The notes below the pieces were generated by a model. The model was not told the origin of the DNA. It did no database searches and saw only the letters and a list, made by a program, of their open reading frames with translations. The position numbers and the translations under genes were made by a program. Positions 58,164-64,000 of a stretch of 64,000 bases of DNA are shown one piece after another; position 1 is the stretch's first letter, and each line of letters starts with the position of its first letter. The stretch comes from an uncultured SAR86 cluster bacterium (lineage in GTDB: Bacteria > Pseudomonadota > Gammaproteobacteria > Magnimaribacterales > D2472), in the NCBI GenBank assembly GCA_902541365.1, contig CACBQK010000001.1:165851-229850 (forward strand), read 5' to 3'.

Positions 58164-58511
58164 TTATTTAGAACTAGTAATTAATATTTTTTCAAAAACT
58201 TCTTTATCATTGGTTGCAAGCTCAGATAAAATTTTTCTATTTAATTTAATATCATTTCTTTTTAAATTTGCAATAAAGCGTGAATATGAAGTTCCTTGTT
58301 CTGAAACGGCAGCATTTATTCTTGCAATCCATAAATTTCTAAAACTTCTCTTTTTATTCTTTCTGTCTCTAAATGCATACTGAAGAGCCTTTATACGTGA
58401 CTGCTTAGCAGTTTTATAAAGTCTGCTTCTTGCACCATAATGACCTTTTGTTGATTTAAGTATCTTTTGGTGCTTTTTTCTAGCTGTATTTGATTTTGTA
58501 ACTCTTGGCAT
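58164..58511 (-). CDS. rplT: 50S ribosomal protein L20
   Basis: 115 aa. [37 protein letters not shown]...LWIARINAA aligns along its length with E. coli L20. Confidence 0.95.
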   Translation of the reverse strand: MPRVTKSNTARKKHQKILKSTKGHYGARSRLYKTAKQSRIKALQYAFRDRKNKKRSFRNLWIARINAAVSEQGTSYSRFIANLKRNDIKLNRKILSELATNDKEVFEKILITSSK

Positions 58512-58512
58512 A

Positions 58513-58710
58513 TCAATTAATTAATTTTTCGGCAACTTTCAGAGTTGTTCCCTTTAACTTATTTAATCCTCTGTTGTGTCTTTTTCTCTTTGTAGGCTGT
58601 TTAGATAAAATATGATTCCTTCCGGCACTCCTGCTTTTTACAGAAGAACCTGTCCTCTTAAATCGCTTTGAAGCACCAGAATGTTTTTTTAATTTATAAC
58701 CCATAAACAA
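58513..58710 (-). CDS. rpmI: 50S ribosomal protein L35
   Basis: 65 aa, basic. [16 protein letters not shown]...[13 protein letters not shown] matches L35. The true start may be the second Met (58704). Confidence 0.9.
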   Translation of the reverse strand: MFMGYKLKKHSGASKRFKRTGSSVKSRSAGRNHILSKQPTKRKRHNRGLNKLKGTTLKVAEKLIN

Positions 58711-58714
58711 TTCA

Positions 58715-59239
58715 TTAGTTTTGTTTAAGAGGAGAAAGGACCATTAACAACTGTCTTCCCTCAAGTGATGGTTCTTGGTCAACTTGAGCAATTTCTGAAA
58801 GATCCTCTTTAATTCTGTTTAATAGATCTAATCCTAAATTACTGTTTAATATCTCTCTACCTCTAAAACGGACGCTAATTTTAGTCTTATTTTTATCAAG
58901 AATAAAGCTTTTAATCTTTTTAAGTTTTATATTGTAATCTCCTGTGTCTGTTGAGGGTCTAAATTTTATTTCTTTTAACACTGTTTTTTTAGATTTAGAC
59001 TTTGAGGAAGAGACGTTTTTTTTCTTAGAAAATAAATGTTTTCCATAATCCATTAATTTGCAAACAACTGGACTTGAATCTAGAGAGGATACTTGTACTA
59101 AATCTAATGACGCTTTTCTCGCTGTGTCTAGCGCCTCTTCAATTGAAACAATACCTTTCTTATCTCCATTTTGATCAATAAGCATGAGTTCAGATGCTCT
59201 TATTCTCTCATTAATAGGTGCGGTAATATTTTTTTTCAA
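58715..59239 (-). CDS. infC: translation initiation factor IF-3
   Basis: [43 protein letters not shown]...[21 protein letters not shown]...[10 protein letters not shown] aligns with E. coli IF3. The track start is TTG. An in-frame ATT lies 15 nt upstream (59254). Confidence 0.9.
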   Translation of the reverse strand: MKKNITAPINERIRASELMLIDQNGDKKGIVSIEEALDTARKASLDLVQVSSLDSSPVVCKLMDYGKHLFSKKKNVSSSKSKSKKTVLKEIKFRPSTDTGDYNIKLKKIKSFILDKNKTKISVRFRGREILNSNLGLDLLNRIKEDLSEIAQVDQEPSLEGRQLLMVLSPLKQN

Positions 59240-59333
59240 TTTTGAATTTCTAATTGCGCAGGATAAATACTCAAATCTATAGGTATCATGAACAATGATT
59301 TTAATTGAAAAATTCTTATAATCAAGGAATTAT

Positions 59334-59930
59334 TCATGGTTGCAAAAAGCTTTCTCTCCACAGATTATCATGGAGGATAAATAATTCTCTTTTGTTAAGA
59401 CGATTCTTTTCACCAGTCCAAAATTCAAAAGAGTAAGGAATAAAATCATACCCTCCCCAATATTCAGGTCTTTTATCTAAGTTACCTTTATTAAGTGAAT
59501 TATTATAATTTTTTTTTACAAGATCATATGAGGATATTTCTTCAGACTGTTTTGAAGAAATTGCTAGTGCATTCTTTTCAGTTGACCTACTTTTAAAATG
59601 ATTATCTGAAAACATTTCATCTGATTTTTCTATATCTGCTTTTATTCTAATTTGGAGATTTATTTTGTTCCAATAGAAAAGCGCTGAGATTTGCTTATGT
59701 TTTTCAAATTCAATTGCTTTTGGAGAATTATAATTAGTGAAAAAAGTCCATCTATTTGAATCAATATATTTTAGATTTACAAATCTTGAATTAACCGTTT
59801 TTGATGAACTGCAGTATGATGAAATTGCTACAGATTCAACATGACTCTGATCTACATTAATTGCTTCTTTGTAATACTTGTAGAACTTAAGATATGGTTT
59901 ATCTTTAAGCTTTTTTAGAATCTTAATCAT
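59334..59930 (-). CDS. pdxH: pyridoxamine 5'-phosphate oxidase
   Basis: 198 aa. FFTNYNSPKAIEF, LQIRIKADIEK, HFKSRS, PEYWGGYDFIPYSFEFWTGEKNRLNKRELF match the PdxH pattern. Confidence 0.8.
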   Translation of the reverse strand: MIKILKKLKDKPYLKFYKYYKEAINVDQSHVESVAISSYCSSSKTVNSRFVNLKYIDSNRWTFFTNYNSPKAIEFEKHKQISALFYWNKINLQIRIKADIEKSDEMFSDNHFKSRSTEKNALAISSKQSEEISSYDLVKKNYNNSLNKGNLDKRPEYWGGYDFIPYSFEFWTGEKNRLNKRELFILHDNLWRESFLQP

Positions 59931-59931
59931 A

Positions 59932-60633
59932 CTATCTATTTCTTAAAATCCTTAATAGATTTCCGATACTATATTTAGGATTTCTATCGAAATAGTGAGA
60001 AAGGAATGTGATCCTAGAATGTTCAGAATCTGAGCTTAGCGGATAGTTGCAATGAAAAGTTGTTCTTCCAAGAAAAACTAAAGGTTTAAAATCAAGGAAG
60101 TTAAAATTTATATTCTTTTTTCTGCTACTTAAGAAGTTTAAACCTTTTTCATTTGAGAAAATCTTAAAATAAATTTTTTGAAAAATATTAATTATCTCAG
60201 AAGTTGTATCACTCTTTATTTTTGGGAATGCAATGAGAGAACCATCATGATTTACATTAGAAGGAATTAGAATTGGGAAAACAATTGTGAAAATGTGAGA
60301 ATCGAAATGACCTCTGTATGCTTCAGATGACTTCCCAGGTAGAACATGTCTTGAAATCTTGTATTGATTGTCTATAGACCCCTTAAAGTTTAGTTGTTTT
60401 TTAGCATAAGAAAATAAAACTGGCTCAAGATTATTTTTTAAATCAAGAGTCTCTTCAAGAAGTGCATGAGATTTTGAGCTCTCTAGATAAGTTTTTTCTA
60501 TTAATTCTTTATTTGCAAGATCTATGATTTGATCAAAGTTGTTGAGCTTCTTTATTGATGGAAGAAAACTATATCCATTTTTATCAAGTTCATCGATAAA
60601 ATTTAAGTAGTTAAAATCTGAAAAGTAATCCAT
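59932..60633 (-). CDS. hypothetical protein, possible Fe(II)/2-oxoglutarate-dependent oxygenase fold
   Basis: 233 aa. Candidate facial triad YRGHFDSH ... TTFHCN, followed by SRITFLSHYF (an Arg for the 2OG carboxylate). The assignment rests on short motifs only. Confidence 0.35.
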   Translation of the reverse strand: MDYFSDFNYLNFIDELDKNGYSFLPSIKKLNNFDQIIDLANKELIEKTYLESSKSHALLEETLDLKNNLEPVLFSYAKKQLNFKGSIDNQYKISRHVLPGKSSEAYRGHFDSHIFTIVFPILIPSNVNHDGSLIAFPKIKSDTTSEIINIFQKIYFKIFSNEKGLNFLSSRKKNINFNFLDFKPLVFLGRTTFHCNYPLSSDSEHSRITFLSHYFDRNPKYSIGNLLRILRNR

Positions 60634-60649
60634 TATTGTTTAGCAAGTT

Positions 60650-61222
60650 TCATAAAATTTTATAAAAATAAAGTGAATTATTTACTATTTTCTCTACCTT
60701 TGCATTAATTTTAATATAAAAATTTATTGCCTTTACATTGCTACTTCTTACACTCCAACCCAATGAGGTGATATTTTCTTTTTTAAGCTCTGCAAAAGCA
60801 TGATTCAATAAAATTTCTGATGCGCCTTTTGATTTATTATGTGAAGAATCAACAAGGATATTAGTAAGTCTTACTTGATGCTTAGAATCAAAGTTTTTAT
60901 TAATAACATTCCTAATCAAATCAAAAGATTTTAGTAAAATGAATTGAGGATTCCTAAAAATAACAACTAAAAGTGAAAGAAAGTTTGATTTTATAAAAAT
61001 ATTTCTTGCCGCATTTGAATTTTCTCCAATCATTACGGCTCCAAATATTTCATTATCAACTTCAATAACATATGAAAACCTATTACCAAATAAAAGATTT
61101 TTATAGAAGTTCTCAAGCATTTTTTTAGGAAACTTACTTGTAAAAAGATATTTTGGGTACGTTTTTATATGCATCTCTGCACATTTTGAACAGTCATTCT
61201 CAGTTAACTCTCTTATAATCAT
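60650..61222 (-). CDS. GNAT-family N-acetyltransferase
   Basis: 190 aa. Motif-A-like region LVDSSHNKSKGASEILLNHAF and C-terminal NVKAINFYIKINAK. Confidence 0.5.
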   Translation of the reverse strand: MIIRELTENDCSKCAEMHIKTYPKYLFTSKFPKKMLENFYKNLLFGNRFSYVIEVDNEIFGAVMIGENSNAARNIFIKSNFLSLLVVIFRNPQFILLKSFDLIRNVINKNFDSKHQVRLTNILVDSSHNKSKGASEILLNHAFAELKKENITSLGWSVRSSNVKAINFYIKINAKVEKIVNNSLYFYKIL

Positions 61223-61223
61223 C

Positions 61224-62243
61224 TCATCTACTTATTTCGTCCATTTTTAGAAGTTTTTTAAAGCTAAATATGTTGTCCAACAACCCTATTATCATGCCAA
61301 ATGAATAACTCAAATGCATTATTAAGATTGAAAAAGTAACATAATGCGCTTTAATTCTTTCATTCTTCGATGAAATAGCAAATGCTAATGCCAGAACAGA
61401 TAATAAATATGAAGCCACAAAAATACTTGTAACTAAAAGAATCTTGAATATTAACATTCCTAAGAAGAATCCAAAGAAAACTGATAGGAAAAATATTATT
61501 AATACTAGGTGTCTTAAGGATGGAGTTCTTTTATGTTTCTTAATTACAAATATCTTCCAAAATCCATATTGCAAATATTGCATAAAAAGATCTTTAAAAC
61601 TTGATCTAGGTAAATACGAACTCTTTATTTCTTTGCTTTGAAAGATTTTGCCTTTTTTCATTCTGATTCTCATACATAACTCGTCATCTTGATTTCTAAC
61701 TAATTCCTCATCAAATCCTCCAATTTCTATTAAATAATCTTTTTTCCAACAACCAAGATAAACTGTATCTACGTATCCAGAATAATTAGTATTTCTAGAT
61801 TTAGCTCCCCCTGCAACAAATTTGCTTTGAAATGCAGATGCAATAGCGCTTTGGATTTTATTCTCATTTATCTTTGCAGCCCAGGGCCCTCCAACACAGT
61901 TTGCATTGCTCTCTAATAAGACCTTTATGCAGTTCTCTATGTAAAACTGATCATATTCTGTGTGAATATCCATCCTAACTATGATCTCATTCGAGGAAAT
62001 TTTAATACCTTCGTTAAGTGCCGACGAAACAATTCCCATAGGATTATCTATGATAATAATATTTGAATGTTTCTTTGAAACCTCTAAAAGTTTCTCTTTT
62101 GTTCCATCATTGCTATTGCCATCAGCAATAATAAATTCACATTCATCAAAAATAGATTGGTTTAACAGTTGATTAATAAACGAATCAATATAATCTACTT
62201 CATTTTTACAGGGCGAAATTATTGAGGCCTTATATTGATTCAT
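61224..62243 (-). CDS. family 2 glycosyltransferase with C-terminal transmembrane segments
   Basis: 339 aa. ASIISPCKNEVDYI, IIADGNSNDGT, the DxD-like RNQDDEL, then three hydrophobic helices. Confidence 0.75.
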   Translation of the reverse strand: MNQYKASIISPCKNEVDYIDSFINQLLNQSIFDECEFIIADGNSNDGTKEKLLEVSKKHSNIIIIDNPMGIVSSALNEGIKISSNEIIVRMDIHTEYDQFYIENCIKVLLESNANCVGGPWAAKINENKIQSAIASAFQSKFVAGGAKSRNTNYSGYVDTVYLGCWKKDYLIEIGGFDEELVRNQDDELCMRIRMKKGKIFQSKEIKSSYLPRSSFKDLFMQYLQYGFWKIFVIKKHKRTPSLRHLVLIIFFLSVFFGFFLGMLIFKILLVTSIFVASYLLSVLALAFAISSKNERIKAHYVTFSILIMHLSYSFGMIIGLLDNIFSFKKLLKMDEISR

Positions 62244-62247
62244 GTTG

Positions 62248-63075
62248 TTATATAAAACTAGACTTATTTTTCAAGTCCAGTGAAATAGATTTATTTTCCA
62301 TATAATGACTTATTACGGCAAGATCCAAGAATTTATTGGACTCAGCTGCCATTAGTGCAAATGTGGAATTATAAATAATAATTTTTCTTGCTGACATCAA
62401 AGTCCATAAGTCTGAATCAAAACTTTCAGAAACTATAAAATAATCCAAGTCAAAAGAGTCAAAGAGCTCTTTACAAAAACTTTCAGCAAAATCTTTATCA
62501 TCTGTAATAATTTTTATCTTATTAATGGAGCAATCTCGATCAAGAGCAGTCTCTATAGCTTTCTTATACCAGTCTATAGTTGGAAGTGGCATATTTGTTT
62601 TGATGCTTTTTGAATTATAAGCATCTAAATAATCGCCGCCCCTTAAATGCATCACAAGCTTATCTTTTTTTGGCATGTAACTTTTATCTAAAAATATTTT
62701 AGAATTAAAATGACAATGAAAAGGTTCAAATCTTGATGATTGAAAGTAGCCAAAGAATATCTTTGGTTTGAAAATTGATTCCATTTTGAAGTTAGTTGTG
62801 TCAAATAATGTAAATAAAGATTTACTTAAAGTCTTCATTAAAATTAGGTCATTCAAAAAAATAAATAAATACATTAAAAAAATAAAGAAGTTGCATTTTT
62901 TTTCTTCTGGTAAATTTAATAATGGTTTTTTTATAGTATGTCCTAAAATTGATTGCAATTTTTGGTTATAAAAAATTTCAGAAATAAAAAAATCTTCTCC
63001 ATATTTTTTATGTAAAAAATTTAATTGATAAAAATTATTACCCGCGCCTCCCATTGTGAAAAGAAGTGGCTTCAT
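62248..63075 (-). CDS. GT11-like (alpha-1,2-fucosyltransferase family) glycosyltransferase
   Basis: 275 aa. [10 protein letters not shown] (cf. GGLGNQMFQY), [15 protein letters not shown] and [11 protein letters not shown] follow the order of the GT11 motifs. Confidence 0.55.
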   Translation of the reverse strand: MKPLLFTMGGAGNNFYQLNFLHKKYGEDFFISEIFYNQKLQSILGHTIKKPLLNLPEEKKCNFFIFLMYLFIFLNDLILMKTLSKSLFTLFDTTNFKMESIFKPKIFFGYFQSSRFEPFHCHFNSKIFLDKSYMPKKDKLVMHLRGGDYLDAYNSKSIKTNMPLPTIDWYKKAIETALDRDCSINKIKIITDDKDFAESFCKELFDSFDLDYFIVSESFDSDLWTLMSARKIIIYNSTFALMAAESNKFLDLAVISHYMENKSISLDLKNKSSFI

Positions 63076-63620
63076 TCAAATTTTTTATTAATTTTTCGAA
63101 GTTCTGAATCTGCTTTTGTAGGTGTAAGATCCCACCATTTTGAATCGTTTATTAAATCTATTTTTTCCTTATTAAATCTATATTTGATAAGTTTTGCAGG
63201 AACGCCTCCAACTATTGAAAAAGAATCAACGTCTTTTGTAACAACAGCATTTGCACCAACTACCGCTCCGTTTCCCACCTTTACTCCTCTCAAAATAACT
63301 GCTCCTGCTCCAATCCAAACATCTTTACCAATCACACATTCTCCTTTTAGCAAATCAGGTTTATTAATTTTTATCCTCATAGATGTAGAAATTGCTCTGT
63401 AGTCATGCTCTCCTAGACCAATCTTTACATCTGGACCTATTGAAGAATAGTTTCCAACAGAAGAATTGGAGATTATTACTCTTTTTGCTACATAAATGTA
63501 ATCACCAAGTTTCGATGATTTATCAATAGTTGATGAAATTGAAATAAATGTATCTTTACCTAGATTTGCTCTTGGGTGAAATATTTTTGTTATAAAATTT
63601 CTTATAAATCTATTAATCAT
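63072..63620 (-). CDS. hexapeptide-repeat (LbH) O-acetyltransferase
   Basis: 182 aa. Left-handed beta-helix repeats [35 protein letters not shown]. Confidence 0.8.
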   Translation of the reverse strand: MINRFIRNFITKIFHPRANLGKDTFISISSTIDKSSKLGDYIYVAKRVIISNSSVGNYSSIGPDVKIGLGEHDYRAISTSMRIKINKPDLLKGECVIGKDVWIGAGAVILRGVKVGNGAVVGANAVVTKDVDSFSIVGGVPAKLIKYRFNKEKIDLINDSKWWDLTPTKADSELRKINKKFE

Positions 63621-64000
63621 TTTTAAGTTTGTTATAGGAAATCTTCATTGAATCCAAGGCATCATACCAATAATCGTCTATTGCATAGATATCCTTATTA
63701 TAAAGACAAGCAAGCATAATCACATGTGAGAAATTGGAAATAATTATATCATTGTCCTTTAAATCATCTTCTAAGGATTTTTTAGAAACTAAAAATATAT
63801 TTTTATTTATATTTCCTTTGCTTGAGGGGTGTTCTCTAAAAGTAATATTACTTTTATTATTTTCAAGATGAGGATAGATTTTTTTTAATAACAATTCATC
63901 TGTAGGGCCGCCTTGCCCTATAACAAGGATTTTTTTATTATTCAAATTGAACAAATCAGAGTAAAGCATCTTTCTTGGAGTCCTATATTCAGCCTTAAGT
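63613..64000 (-). CDS. hypothetical protein of the glycan locus, probably the C-terminal part of a longer ORF running off the window
   Basis: The frame stays open upstream of the ATG at 63969 to the window edge (...[15 protein letters not shown]). [14 protein letters not shown] suggests a Rossmann/GT-B-like half-domain. No family recognised. Confidence 0.3.
   Translation of the reverse strand, partial: LKAEYRTPRKMLYSDLFNLNNKKILVIGQGGPTDELLLKKIYPHLENNKSNITFREHPSSKGNINKNIFLVSKKSLEDDLKDNDIIISNFSHVIMLACLYNKDIYAIDDYWYDALDSMKISYNKLKND

Noticed and set aside
1-64000. Search for defence systems, toxin-antitoxin pairs, prophage or IS elements
   Set aside because: No nuclease/helicase/methylase clusters, small paired ORFs, transposases, integrases or terminal inverted repeats were recognised. 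Every ORF above about 90 aa that is not antisense has a metabolic, envelope or translation-related reading.

Overview
This is a 64-kb stretch of a visibly AT-rich, extremely compact bacterial chromosome. My gene calls leave only about 1.1 kb between genes. Many neighbours share stop and start codons, and several convergent pairs overlap at their 3' ends. The gene content fits a streamlined marine heterotroph, probably a gammaproteobacterium of the SAR86 type, but that taxon is a guess from content only. No rRNA, IS element, integrase, CRISPR array, prophage or recognisable defence gene was seen.

Blocks from left to right:
- 1-6.8 kb: miscellaneous metabolism. This covers an acyl-CoA dehydrogenase fragment, a PlsC-type acyltransferase, RraA, nitronate monooxygenase, a GH3 glycosidase, a secreted MsrA-Grx-MsrB fusion and a GST.
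- 6.8-15.7 kb: an acyclic-terpene/leucine-type acyl-CoA carboxylase cluster. It holds the carboxyltransferase, the biotin carboxylase-BCCP subunit, AtuA, a crotonase, DUF1330 and two ACADs.
- 15.7-21.6 kb: prc, xthA, tadA, sbcB, a cupin and a membrane protein.
- 21.6-25.7 kb: a Baeyer-Villiger monooxygenase, a Rieske oxygenase, an MIP channel and a PepSY membrane protein.
- 25.7-27.4 kb: a small metal operon of an outer-membrane (OM) barrel, a periplasmic HMA protein, a MerT-like protein and a CsoR-like repressor, with a palindromic operator on its start codon.
- 27.4-37.5 kb: apt, an Nramp-like transporter, guaC, guaA, guaB, pterin dehydratase, fumC, a class II aldolase and an aldehyde dehydrogenase.
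- 37.6-46.1 kb: an eight-gene, translationally coupled sugar-acid activation operon, head to head with a WecA-type initiating transferase and a TerB-like gene.
- 46.1-49.6 kb: two tandem type-B carboxylesterases and tRNA-Pro(GGG).
- 49.6-55.5 kb: an HU/IHF-like gene, an Ig-repeat surface protein with a Gly-Thr tail, YjbH and a Wza-like exporter.
- 55.5-59.9 kb: pheT, pheS, rplT, rpmI, infC and pdxH.
- 59.9-64 kb: glycan-modifying genes (2OG-oxygenase-like, GNAT, GT2, GT11-like, hexapeptide acetyltransferase, one partial ORF).

The candidates most worth a second look are:
- the non-canonical Kdo-like CMP-sugar-acid operon ending in a bacterial ELM1/DUF1022 protein;
- the MerT/MerP-like module controlled by a CsoR-type repressor, with no reductase or MerR;
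- a domain-reduced PheRS;
- the hexanucleotide-repeat tail of the surface protein.

All family assignments come from motifs read by eye in the translated ORFs. No database search was run.
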